Below, piece by piece: positions 38,203 to 51,100 of a stretch of 64,000 nt of DNA. Position numbers and translations under genes: made by a program. The notes under the pieces were generated by a model. The model searched no databases, was not told where the DNA came from, and worked only from the letters and a program-made list of their open reading frames with translations. The stretch is from Lama glama (lineage: Eukaryota), in assembly GCA_028534125.1 (NCBI GenBank), contig CM052817.1:66156001-66220000 (forward strand), in the 5' to 3' direction. How positions within the stretch are numbered: the first letter of the stretch is position 1; every line of letters starts with the position of its first letter.

Positions 38203-38675
38203 CTCTGGCAGTTTTGTACCACGTCAACTTGGCTAGGTTAGACCTATATTTCCTAAAATCCATTTCTCTGTATGGTTCCAGTTAGAGTTGGCCAAAGAGA
38301 AATTAGTATGAGATTTAGAAGGTAGAAGTGAAGCAGCTGGCATTTTGCATTGAGGTTTCTTACAATTAGATACGGTAAGAAATAGATGCAGAAATGTCTG
38401 TGGTTCCTCCCTTTCCTTTCTTTCCCCCAGTATATTTAGCTCCTAGCTCCTCTTCATGATGGCTAGCCCTGATGACCAGTCCTGATTCTAAACTCTGCAC
38501 CAGATCCAGAAGCAATGGCTTTTCACCAGCATTTCTTTGTGTTCCCACTCCAGAAATGGAGGCACCTGGCTTCAGGAGAACTAGTTAGTGACTTGTCTTT
38601 GATTCTCCAATTTCTTCCTTTGGATCTTTGTTCCCCAGCTTCTCCTACAGTACTGTAAGTCCTTATTACTGTAGT
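38203..38675 (+). mobile_element. ERVL MLT2F-like LTR
   Basis: GTCAACTTGGCTAGG...TCTCTGTATGGTTCCAGTTAGAGTTGGCCAAAGAGAAA. Confidence 0.6.
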
Positions 38676-38999
38676 ACAACAGAACTATAAAACAAAACCG
38701 TAGAAACTGGAAGCAATCAGAAAGTCACGAGAACCTAAGAGGCTAAGATACAAGAGAGAAGAGAGGGACTGAAATGAGCTCAACATCTGGCAAAGCTTTT
38801 TGCCAAATATTAAGCATCTATCCAGATTCCAAGAAGATGAGTACAATAGAAGCAGAGTGGAGGGTAAAGCAGGTGGGAGGAGACCAAGAGGCCAAGAAAC
38901 TAAGCAAAGCTTTAAGCAGTCTCAGTGCTGAGGTGGAGAGAGAGGGAGGGAGGAAAAATAAGTTTTTCAAGGAGTTTTTCTAGGAGAAGGGGCTCTGGT

Positions 39000-40635
39000 A
39001 GAAACTGTGGCTTTTAATTGGAGGACTGAATGGGTACACTTTATGAGTGCCTGCTAACAATAATAGAACAGAATTTACAAAACTGAAGTTCAGCTTCAAT
39101 TTAATTTAAACCTAGACTGTATAAAGATACTCTGCCCCACATTTCTTAACTGATAGAAGCAAAAGTAAATCCTTTATAAAGATAGCATCATTCTGGTCCT
39201 TAAATTATTTCTAGAAATTTTCATTAAAAAATCCTGCATTCAATAAACGTACTGTATAGTCAACTAAAATACTGCACAAAAATAAAATTTATACTAAGAA
39301 ATAAATTCTCATGAGCAGAAACCAACAGATTAAAAAAAGAACAGTAGAAATAAACACACAGGAAATACATATAGCTTTGGAGTTTTTATACAATGGCTTC
39401 AAATTTACTGAAATTAAGCTATTTAGGAACAAGGAAGAGAAGATGAAGAATTTTACCATAAAGTTAATAGAAGAACTCTAAGAAAAATTTAGGACTAAAA
39501 TATGCAATAATTAAAATTGAGGACTCAGTAGATTGTTTAAAGCTGGTTAGCATGGATAAAAGGAAGATTGGCAAAGTGAAGCACAAAGAGAAAAAAATAT
39601 GGAAAAACACAGGTAAGAGACATATGGAGACAGTGAAAAGCTATAACATATATGCAATTGATGCTCTGGAAGGAGAAGAGAGAAAATTGGGAAAGAATCA
39701 ATATTTGAAGAGATACAGGCTGAAATTTTTGCGAAGTTGATGAAACATCTCTAGCTACATACTTAAGAATCACAAGAGAGAGAGCAGGATAAATATAAAG
39801 AATATCACACGTGGAAGCACCAGTAAACTTCCTGATAATCAAAGGAAGAAAAAAATCTTAAAATCAGCCAATAAAAATACCAGAAGATATTTTAAAGTGT
39901 AATTTAACAAGCTGAGTTCAAAATTCACACAGAAATGCAATAGGTTAAAAATAGCCAAGATTTTTGAAGGGGAAAATCTCTTGAGGATTTTGAGTGTAGA
40001 AAAACATTTTAAAAACAGGACACAAAAAAACGTTGATAAGTAGCATTACATTAAAATGATGTTCATGAATAGATAGCTTTAAGCTAGTGACACAAAGAGT
40101 GGGAGAAGATACTTGCTGACAGATACGATTGGTAAGAAAAATAAAGACGAATAGAATACCTAATGAGAGATGTTAACAGGCACTTTAAAAATTTAGAAAA
40201 ACCAAGTGGCCATTGTACATACGATAATGTTCACCACATTAATTATCAGGGAAATTCAAATTGTCTATGCTTACCAGAATGGTTTAAAATTATAAAGTAT
40301 CATAAAGCCTTGTAATGGAGAGATGTGGAATAACTGGGTCTATTGTACATGGTTGAAAAAGGACTGGTATAAGGACTTTGGAAAAGAATTTAGCAGTATC
40401 CTTTGACCTTGAATGTACATATTCCTGAAGACCAGCAATTTCACATCAAGGTTCCTACCCCACAGAACGCATTAAACGACCTTTTCAAAAATACTGTTGA
40501 CTACTTTATTCTGTATTAGCCAACAGAAATAACCCAAGTGTCTAGTAAACACAGAATGGGCAAAATCTGACATATTCATGCAACAAAATACTGCCTAGCA
40601 ATGAACATGAATGGACCTTACCTGAAAAAGAAAAT
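39000..40635 (+). mobile_element. Degraded L1M (ORF1-like and 3' ORF2 remnants)
   Basis: AATATTTGAAGAGATA..GGCTGAAATTTT, AAAATCTTAAAATCAGCCA, ACTTTGGAAAA, CCAGCAATTTCAC, AACCCAAGTGTC. Confidence 0.7.
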
Positions 40636-40699
40636 ACTGACTTCCTGCTCGGGATGGTGGCACCCTGACAAGTACAGGGAGAGGTAAAACAACAGGACC

Positions 40700-41170
40700 T
40701 CATGGTTCCCTCGGCTGCGCAGCATAATTTGGCAGCCCCATACAGATTCCGAAATCAGCACGCCTGAGTGTTTGAAGAAGGCTCCTCACACGTCGAGCGG
40801 GGCGTGATGTCCGGGAGCGGCAGTGCGGCGGCTGGGCCGCGGCCGCCGAAGGACGCCCCAGAAGCTTCTCTGCCCCTGCGCGGCGCCACGCGGGCCCGCC
40901 CCTTCCGCTCAGCGGCCCGGCGGCCCGGCGGCCCGGCGGGCGACGCACAGGGAGCCCAGTTTCGAGGTCGCCTCTATGAGTAACGGTGGGCAATGTGAAA
41001 AGTACGATATTAAATTTAGAAAAAAAGGAAATATCTGTGGGAAGTCTTGCTGCCAGCACCTGAAATCTGGCGTCAAGTTGGAGCTGGCCCGAGACCGGCC
41101 CTGCTGAAACCGGGGTAAGACCTTGCTGAAGGGTGGGGTGGGGGTGCGGGAGCTCTGCTTCTGCCGAGCT
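40700..41170. promoter_or_regulatory. Orphan CpG island / candidate promoter
   Basis: About 33 CpG in 40741-40980 by hand count amid CpG-poor L1 DNA; GC box, ETS and MYB motifs; plus-strand donor GGG|GTAAGA at 41114/41115. Confidence 0.7.
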
Positions 41171-41579
41171 TGGGGCAAGTGGGAAAGAGTGCTGCTTTTA
41201 CCCCAACAACAGAAAACTCTAGGAAAACTACAGAATCGTAACTTTTCCTAAACCTATCGCAGAGCTGAGATTTTTCCGATAGTGAAGGAGCCTGAAGACC
41301 GGGGAATGACAGCTCCTTCTGGGAGAGCAGTGGGAGGTTCAGCTTTCTGATTTAGTTCTAGCTACTTCTTAGAGAGCATCAGGGCGTTCCCTTAGGCAGA
41401 AATCCATATAAATAAATGCTAATTTGTTCCAGGCAAGGGCCTTTCTTTCAAAGTTTGAGGTTTGTCCACATTTTTCTGTTTTTCATCTCTCCAAAAGATA
41501 GTTAATTTTTTTTTCCGGAACTTGTAATTGTTCTAAGCAGAAGGGTTAGTCCAGTGCAAGCAGCTCTATCGCTGTTAGA

Positions 41580-43740
41580 AACTTGTGGTTACTTTTTTAT
41601 CTTGATTTTTATCAAACAGCTTTGCTAAACTTTCTTGTAACTTTAGTAACTTTTAAATATATGTTTAACGTTTTAAAAATACAACGCATAATTCTTAGGA
41701 GATCAATTGTAGGTTCTCCTTTTTAATTTGTATGCCTTAGTTTTGAATTTTGTTTTTATATTACATTGGCTAGAACCTGGGGAAAAAATGTCAAAATATT
41801 CACTGAAGGCAGATGTTATTGTCTTGTTCCTGATTTAAAAAAAAAATTGTTAGTTTTCACTATTCAATATCTTGTAGGCTGCAAAATTTGATAGATACTG
41901 TTTATTGAGTGATGAAAATTTCCTCCAATTCCTGGTTTGCTAAGAGTGTGTTTATTATCACATACAGTGTATTGAATTTTATTAAATGTTTGGTCTTCAT
42001 CTATTGTGATATTTATATGGTTTTTCTTTTTAAAATTATTACCATAGAGAATTATTATATGGATGGATTATATGGATTATCTAATGCTAAAACGCACTTG
42101 TACTCTAGGGATAAATCCAGATTTGCCATGATATGTTCACAAATATATATGTGTTTGTGTGTATATAGTAATGTGTTATTTCTGGATTCAACTGGCTATT
42201 TTTAAAAGAATTTTTATATTTACATTGTAATGAGCTAAATTATGATTTTATTTTATTTTTGTCTAGCTTTGGTATCAGAGTTGATCAATCTCATAAAATT
42301 AATTGGGATTTTTCCCCCTTATTTTTATTATATGGAATAGAGTGCATAGAATAAAGATTTTCTTTTATGTAATTTTTGAAAGAACTCTGCTGTGAAATCA
42401 TGTGACTAGTGTTTCATTGGTAGATTTTTAACTACTCTTTCAGTTACTTTAATTTTAATAAGTTTGTTCTCCTATAGGTCTATGTTTTCTTGAGACAACT
42501 CTGGTGATATACATTTTTTCCAGCAATTTATCCATTTTGTGTAAGTTTTCAATATATTGGCATAAAAATATATCATTACTTAATTTCCTATATGTATAGT
42601 TCCACCTGTTTTAAATATGTAAGACTTTTTAATTTGTGCTTTGCCTCTGGTTTTTTTGTTTTTTGTTTTTTTGCTTTATCTTGCCATGAACAATGGCTTT
42701 CCCTGTTCTTTTGTTCTCTCCTTCTATAATGCCTAAGTAAATATATGCTGGTCCTTCCATTTTATGTTTCATACACTTTTTCCTCTTTTCCACTTCCTAT
42801 TTTTCCTTATGTGTTACATTCTGAGTAATTTCTTCAATAGATACTCCATTGAGTTCTTTCCAGTCTATTTTTTAAACTCATCCTTGCCTCTCCACTTTTA
42901 ATCACCCATTACATTTTTCATTTCTCACTTTTCTATTTGTTTATTATTCCAAACTGCCTGGTCCTTTTGGTTGATACCTAATTTGTTTCCCTTATGTTTA
43001 ATTTCTTTTTTTTTAATCTCTTCTTTAAATCTGATTATATGACATACCTGATAAGTCTTTCATGTGAAGGTTTTAGGAGTGTATTTCTGCCATTTGTTTG
43101 TTTTTTGTTGACTTTGGCTCATTATGGATTTTTTTCCCCTCATGTTTTTATAGTTTTGAGCTGCGAAATCTGTTTAGCTGACTTTACTGGTAGACTCTTG
43201 GAAGGATGGCTTGATGTTTTCTCTTTACAGAACAGTTTTAAGTATACATCTGCCAGGCTTAGCCATTACGACTTCGGGAAATACTTTTTATATACTAATT
43301 TTCCGGACCATGAAAACTGTGAATTTAAATCCCTAAACTTATTAAGGCAGGCCTATGAAAACAGTGTTGCAGGGGAGGTGTTTTGGTTTGGTTTTTTTTT
43401 TGTTTTTTTTTTTTAACCCAGAGCCCAGGATAATACAAAGTTCCTTTGTCTTATCCATTTTCAAGTAGAGAGGTTTTAATGAAGTTCACACTTTCATAGT
43501 GGATGATGTCCTTCAAGGGTTGTGGTTGTATGAGTCATCTTCATTCCAGCTTATCAACTCACAGGTGCCCAGGGCTTCATGTGGCCTCTAAAGGCCAAGC
43601 CTCTTGATTACTCAGCCTAGCAAAGCCTCCAGGGCTGCCAAACTGCCAGGGCCTGATTATCACTGGGTTTCAATTTCTCTTACTATAGGAGACAGTAGAG
43701 GTTTCCTTTAGTTACTTGTGAACTCAAACATTTATGTTAG
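41580..43740 (-). mobile_element. Degraded L1M/HAL1-like fragments
   Basis: TTGTCTTGTTCCTGATTT, TTCCTGGTTTGCTAAGAG, TTTGGTATCAGAGT, TTTATCCATTTT; T-rich. Confidence 0.65.
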
Positions 43741-44009
43741 AGAAGTTTATCCAGGACTTAACAGATTTGCCTCAAGAGGGCTTTTTTTCACCATCAATAC
43801 ACGAGATTTTTGAAAGAAAAAAAAAAGACCTCGAAATCCTTCAATACAAACCCATCATCTAGGTTTTTCAGTAGCTGATGATTACATCTGAGAAATATAA
43901 ACTATTGCCCAGTTAAGGAAATGGCTTAATGCATTAATCTATAATACTGAACAAACTATTGTTTTCATCAGATAGTATTTTAAAATAACAAAATATAATT
44001 TATGAAGAA

Positions 44010-44401
44010 ATTACACCATTGAAAATTACTAAAGACTTCAGACCTTTTATTTTTGTGGGTTATGGCTATCATTATTTACAATGTTATAAATCAAAACTAA
44101 GAACTTAAATTTTTTAATTAATTTATTTTAAAATAATCACAATACACCCATTACATTTTCACATAAATATTTTCATGAAAATTGTATTTTACAAAACAAA
44201 AAATAATGAGAAGAGAGTTATTGTTTTATATTTTTGTATATCTCTTTAGGGTCTAACTTCATAGAGAAGAGCTGGATTCTCATATGTTTCTATATTCAAT
44301 GTGTTGCAATATTTGATTGAAATCTATGAAGAAAATCTAGTTTCACAGAGACATGTAGTTAGAAAAGGGAAGAGTGTTCTAATAACTTTTTCCAGATCAT
44401 T
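44010..44401. mobile_element. hAT-Charlie (Charlie1a/b-like) DNA transposon fragment
   Basis: CCCATTACAT..ACATAAATA, GCTGGATTCTCATAT, TATGAAGAAAATC, GTAGTTAGAAAAGGGA match the recalled Charlie1 consensus. Confidence 0.75.
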
Positions 44402-44582
44402 ATTTTTTTTTTGTTAAAATATACTTAATACAATGTGTTGATTTCTGGTGTACAGCATTATGTTTCAGTCATACATATAGATACGTATATTCCTTTTCGT
44501 ATTCTTTTTCATTACAGGTTACTACACAATATTGAATATACTTCCCTGTCCTACACAGAAGAAACTTGTTGTTTATCTATTA
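44402..44582 (-). mobile_element. Young L1 3' end inserted into Charlie1
   Basis: Poly-T, then TACAATGTGTTGATTTCTGGTGTACAGCATTATGTTTCAGTCATACAT; similar to 55690-55850. Confidence 0.8.
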
Positions 44583-47084
44583 TATTCTTTTTTGTTTCAG
44601 TATCTATCTAGCCTGCTAAATTTAAAGGGGCATGGCCAAGCACTTGGCTACACACATGGAATAGTGTTGAGTGGGGGAATAGAGAGAAAATACAATAGTT
44701 CTGTGTCCTTGCAGTCCTACAGTTATAGACACAACAGGTGTTGCATATATTTCCAAAGCTCCTTCCTCACCTTGAATCTTCCTCTTGTCTGCCTTTCCCC
44801 AACTTTTCTCCAGCTGACTGTTTCCAAAACATTAGATAGCCAGGGTTAAAGAAAACCAGAGAAAGGAAAAAATGCAGTATGGTTAGGACACTGGTGATGG
44901 AAGAAATTAAGTATAGGAGAAATGACAGAGTGACAGAAAGAGGCCTAGCACATTGTAGTAGCACAGAAAATAAAGCATAGTGAGAAGACTGCAGAGAAGG
45001 AAGACCAGGAGCAGGATAGGAGGCAAACAAGACAGGGGACAGGCAAAATTACCCAAAGGACGGGGGAGGACTGTGGCATCCAGAAAGAGAATTTTTTCTT
45101 TAATTTATTGGAAAGAGGGTTGCTTTTCCAGAACAGTAAGACCAGTAAGATAACAAAATAGTTAGCATGGTCTACCCAGCCTAATGTTTTGTTGTTAGTG
45201 AGGCCCTAGGAGTGGAGGTCATTCACGACTGTCCTCACTCCAGAGATTAAGGAACCGCTGGTAAAAATCTCTCTCCCCCCATTTTTGCTTAGAAAGTAAG
45301 TAACTGTGACCACTACCCATGGTGGTATCAAAAATCTTTCAGAATGTTTTCATTTTTTTTCTTAGCTTGTTCTAACTCTAAGGGTGCAATATTAACTTAT
45401 TTCCCCGTTGTGAAAAATAACTTTTTTTTATTTTATGTGTTTACTTATTTCTCATTTCAAATCCTTCCATCTGATACCAGTGTATCATTTTTGCAGGTTG
45501 AAAACTTTAATCTTTGAGGACCAATCTCATTAAACAGTTCTGCCATCCCTTCATGGTCTCAGATTCCTGTTGTTGGACTTCATTTCTGTGTCTTTGTTTA
45601 TGATTTGGTGCAATATCCAGATCATTATCTTACTCTTTTATTTTCTTTTAAGAATACCAGCTTTTGAATTTTTTCCCTTGTTTGAAACAGTGAACCAGTG
45701 TCTAGAGAAGGGTAACTAATAATTACGTAGTCCTTTATCTGGGTTGTTGCTGGCTGTGAGTTTGCCATTCTGTGAGTAAAGTCTGGATTGTCCCTCCAGA
45801 AGCAACTTTCTTTCTGGATTTTGTTATATAGAAACTCATTTGCCATTATTACGCCTCTCATACCAAAAGAGATTTCTGTGGTTTATCTCTTTTAGCTTAG
45901 AATTTCACTGTGATCGAAAGTTTACACTGTTTATGGACCGGGAGATATGAGTATGGACTGCTTCCTCCTGATTATTTGTAAGTGTACAAAAGATGACTAC
46001 AGAGATGAGTTACCAATCATTATCCTGTAATTCTTGTTCAAGTCTATTATAAAACTCTGGCTTTCATCACTTGATGGCTCAATGCTTTTCAATAGTGTTT
46101 GATATAGAAAACTGAAAATCTAAATAGGTTTTAAAACTACTAGATCTCATTTTTCTCAGATTATTCCAAATAAGCACCAGTTCTCTGAAATAAAACATGT
46201 TAACTTTTGTAAATACATATATATCCTTATATTTTTCAGTGTCCCTGTCCTTTATTTTAAATTCTCACAACCTCTGTGAAATGGAAGGAAGAACTAGTAA
46301 TTGGTATTTCTCTGTATTCCCCCTGAAGCCCTGTTATAAATGATTATCATGTTGGAAAATCACCAGCTGTCTGTGTAAAAGCTTGAACATTCTGTGAAAT
46401 ATTCTACAATTGCACACCTTAAATTTTTCAATCTTGTATGTCAGTGACAAACTGACATATATTTGTTTTTATGTTTTCTTAGTGATTTGCTATAGGATAA
46501 CCTATAGTTTTACTTTTATGCATTTTAAAAATTCCAAACTAGCAATTTCTAAAATAAATTGGGAGTGAGAAGCTCCCTAAACATTACCCTAGTCAAGACT
46601 CAGACAAATGGTTTATTATTCTCTAGTTGTTCTCTCTTTTCCAAACCCAGATTCTCCTTGGATACCATGAACCTTGAGTTGTTCTATGGATTTCTTAGCT
46701 AAATTTCCTTATTAAATTATTATTATTTAAGAAGCTCCTATACCAGATTCTTTAGAATGTATTTTGCCCCACCTTATTTGTAATTTTGAACATTCAGTTA
46801 AATATGGAAGAAAAAATTATCCTGTGAAACTACCATGTTAGAAGAAACAGTGATTTAGGTATCAGGGTCAGGGCAGGGATCTCAGAATCCATCCCCACTT
46901 CCCCACCCTACGTGTGCTGGCTCTCATCAGTCTGCAGTTTCTTCTCAGACACTAGCTGCATAGAACAATTTCATGTCTGAATCACCAAGGGGGAATGTTC
47001 TCTCTAACGTGACATAGGGACAACTCACAACTTCCTACAGAAGTTTTGAATACAGAAGAGGAGAAAACGCAGGAAGACTGAGAG

Positions 47085-47267
47085 CAGTGGTTTTCAAAGT
47101 GTGGCCCACAAGTTAGCAGCAGCAGCAGCATCTGGGAACTTGTTGATAAATTTTTGGTTCCCCTCCCCCAGACCTACTGAATCGGACACTCTACAGGTGG
47201 GAATCCAGAAGTGTGTGTTTTAATCTTCGAGTGATTCAGATGCCCACTACAGTTTAAAAACCCACTG
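47085..47267. mobile_element. MER5A (hAT-Charlie MITE)
   Basis: TIRs CAGTGGTTTTCAAAGT / AGTTTAAAAACCCACTG; internal CCCCAGACCTACTGAATC. Confidence 0.85.
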
Positions 47268-47314
47268 CATTAGGGACTTGGGTCCACTTATCAAAGGGCA
47301 GGCAACGTCCTGGA

Positions 47315-47450
47315 GTAGTGCTTCTCAAACATGATATGTATCGGAATTAATTGTAGGTCTCTGGTGGGACTAAAGGACCTACATTTCTGAGAAGCTCCCA
47401 GATAATGCTGCTGCTGCTGCTGTTCTGTAGACTACTTTTGATTTCAAGGC
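47315..47450. mobile_element. MER5B-like fragment
   Basis: AGTGCTTCTCAAAC...CATTTCT..AAGCTCCCAG..ATGCTG. Confidence 0.6.
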
Positions 47451-47894
47451 CACTGATAAAATCTAGGGAGAGATCATATAAGAAGGTGCCAAGAAAAACA
47501 GGCTAGATGGAGTGACCTTGATGAGTTTGGCCCAACATGGAGGGAGATTGACTAGACTTGGCTTTATTAGGAATCTTCATAGCTGACACAAAGAAGGCCT
47601 TATCCTGAATCCAGGATTTTAAGAAAGGTGACCAGGCATGAAAGGTCAGTGAGTAAGGAAAAGAGTGTGTGAAATTTTAAGCTTATGCCAGGCTAGGTTT
47701 TATAGTTTGAGACTGCATGATATGTTATATCTCAATTCTCTATAGTAATTTTTAGAAGAAAGAGGCATACATTTGAACTTTCACGAAGAAAGTTTTTATG
47801 ATTAGTAGACACAATGGGGTAAGGTATAGTCATAAAGGACAGAAAGCAGGTGCAAATCATGTTGGTGGAACCCTGCTTAGAAAGCCTACAGTTT

Positions 47895-48070
47895 AGGAAC
47901 TGCTGTGTGACCTTTGGCAAGTTACAGAATGTCCTCAGTTTTCTCATATCAAAAATGTGATTAAAAATTAAGTCTGTCTTACAAAATTTTTGTGAAGCTT
48001 AAATAAGTGAAGATGTTCAAGGCACTGAAAAGAGTGCCTGGCACATAATAAAACTCAATAAGTTGTTTCT
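47895..48070 (+). mobile_element. MIR SINE
   Basis: GCTGTGTGACCTTTGGCAAGTTAC...CCTCAGTTTTCTCAT...GTGCCTGGCACATAA. Confidence 0.8.
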
Positions 48071-48107
48071 TCTTCATTGTATCTTTGTCTACACTGTAAA
48101 ATTTTCA

Positions 48108-48116
48108 TTATTGTTA

Positions 48117-48154
<38 letters not shown>

Positions 48155-48155
48155 T
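48108..48155. repeat. (TTA)n microsatellite
   Basis: Read directly. Confidence 0.9.
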
Positions 48156-51100
48156 ATGCCACATTCAGGATAATTAAAAGGTGGGAGAGAAGAAAATGAG
48201 GTGATTGAGAAAAGGCTCTTTAAGAAAAGGGGCATGTTAACCAGAGATAAGGAATCCTTATGTCAAATATTTTCATTAAAAGAAATAGAAATTCTCTTTA
48301 TTTTATGATTTATACCAAAGGATATATAATTAATGCAGAGCTATTGTTATTAGAGTTACCGTCAAAAATATAAAGGTAGTAATGATTTAATGAAATAGCA
48401 AGTTAGCATTAGTTCCCTTTCCTTTGGCTTTTCTGAGCTCACTTATGGGTCAGAGCTCCTGTCCAGCCTGTCTTTTGACGTGGTAAGCTACTGCAGAAAA
48501 TAGATAGTTCCTTTGGGGAGCCTGTCTCTGAGTTTTCTTTTTTATTCTTTTCATTCTTTCAAGCAAAGTCATCAATATATCAGTCTCCTGCAGGCAAGAA
48601 TTGGTAAAATCATTTCTGCAGTCATTGCTGAGAATATGAGACTAGTGTTTTGAGGTAAATGGCAGAGAAAGAGAGTTTTTTCTAAAATTTTGTATTGATA
48701 ATTTAATATGTCCCTATGGTTATTTATTTAGTATTGGAATAATTTTAGTTCATTTCTGAGATCAAAGATTTTTTTTTACCACAAAATAAAACAGGGTTTT
48801 TTTTTTTATTCATTGATCTCAACTTACTGTTTCATTTAGAAAACACTTATAGTCTAAAATGGACAAGCTAATTTAAAATACCTTATTACACATACACATG
48901 GCTTTCATCTCTCTCTCTCTTTTTTCTTTTTCTGTCACATCCACACCCACATAATATATTGATGATTATTGGCAATTTGATTTGTGTAAATTTTCAGATA
49001 TTTTCAGCACATTACATGTTAAAAATCTCAATAAATTGAAATAGAAATAAACCCCTAAAAAAATAAATTTGTTGGAATTTTTCAGGCTTTACTAAGTTCT
49101 CTCCAAAACAGGTCTTTAAAAATGATTTTCAGTATTTAATGTTTAAAGAACATTTTCTTTAAATGTTGTGCCTATTTGCTGTATTATTGGGAAGAATTTC
49201 CTTACAGACCTCAATGAAAGCAGTGTGAAAAAACAATATACATTAATCTTTTACCCAAGTAGAACTGTTGTCTTCCCCAGTGGTTCAAACAGCCAGTAAT
49301 ATTTAACTTCCATGGATCATATAGCAATAAAATAAATAAATGGCCCTCTCAAAAGTTACATCCTGCATTATATAAATATTCCTCTTTAGCACATTGTGAC
49401 CTGCCTCGCCACAAAGTATTATAGCCTTCTGGCCACAAAGTAAGTACTTTCCTTACTGAGGCCTAGACATTTGCATTGATTTTCCTCGCATCATAGTGAA
49501 ATAGTCTGTGCCATTAAATTAAGTAACAGTATTTAATTAACATCCCCAGAGCATCTTATTATCAGTTGGTATCTAATGTACTGAAGATGGCAAATGCTAT
49601 GGATCTTCCTAAATGAATGTTTTGTACCTCAAAGATTTTATGAAGGTGGAGTAGTGATGAAAGACAACTCTGGTAGATCCACATTTATCCAGCTGATGTG
49701 CAAAGTTCCCCCAGATTTGGCAGAGAGGAATTGTGAGACTTTCAGAGCTACCTGGCTGTGTGAAGCAGATTGGGTTCTACCTCCTATCACTCATGCTACA
49801 GTGTAAGCAGAGAAGAGCCCACAAAACTCAAAACAAGAAACTCTAGTCTATTTTTCTTTCTGAAGGGAGGCTGATGAGAATGAAAGTATTCAAGAGAGTC
49901 TCCAAGTGCATAACAACAATGAAATCCATTGACAAAAAAGCAAAAAAAAAAAAAACCAAAACAAACAAACAAAACAAACAAAAACCCCAAGGTGCACACA
50001 CACACACAAAACCATTCCTATAGTGTTGACATTCTAGCAACTCCCCTTTAAAAAAATTTTCGGTTTACCCTTGGAGATAAATGTACAAACTTCCTCTCAT
50101 TCTAAGAAGAGGTACAAAGTGAAGCCCTTTACCGTGTCTTCCTTTGATAATTCATAAATATGGTTTGAAGTTCTCAGAATATGGAGGGGAGAAAGGAGTA
50201 TACTTTGTCCCCTAGAAATGATCTTTGAATTATAAATATAAATTGTTCTGTTCAGATCTGATATAGATGGCTTGCAATTTACAAATAAATAAGGTACTAG
50301 TTAGAGTAATAACACCATTCTATAAGGTCAAGAACACATGCAATTTGGTACACTTAAGATAGGATCAAATGACCCATGCCTTTAAGAAATCGTTGAAAAT
50401 AGGAGAATTAAAGTGTCAGGTTGTTAAGTCACCAGGTTTAGTTTGTTACAGGCCTTCAACCCTAGTGCCTACCTGCAGGCTAAGGCTCATTCCTGGTTCC
50501 CAAGACTCCACTGAACAACTATGGCTATTACTCCTCCCACAATAACCTGCTGTCATACTCCAGTTGAGAAAATGGGGCTTTTGATTTGTTCCTGAGTCTC
50601 ATATTTACATAATACTTCTCACCCAGCAGCTGTACAAGATGGATGCCACCAGAGGTTGTAAAATATCTCTAGACTGTCACTAGCCTCAAGGTTGGATTCA
50701 TATTTTTTTCTTTGTTTTTTCTTCTAGGATGTCCCTCAATTTCCAGCAGCATTAGAAATGCACTTAAAATTTTTTTCCATATATTTTGCCCATAATTCTT
50801 AGGTGTTTTGTGATAGATGAAACTGGCAGGCAAACATGTTAGCTTGCAAGGCGATTGGAAAATCTCAGAGCCTTGACAGTTCTTAATATTTCAGATATAT
50901 GTTTTATGGTATTACTTGTTTTAACTTCTTCTTCTTTTTGGGTTTTTTTTTTTTTTGATTACTTGACCAACTACTGCTGCTCCTAATCTTATATGTACAG
51001 ATTACTCACTATGGTGGTTTGAAGCCTTTTTTTCCCTTTCTTTTTCTTCTTTTTTAAAATCCTCTTCTTCTAGTAAGAGTAAGAAGGCATTCAGAGTACT

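Noticed and set aside
40768..41178. Short ORFs in the orphan island as a retrogene
   Set aside because: No recognisable protein, poly-A tail or TSD. This cannot be fully excluded without BLAST.
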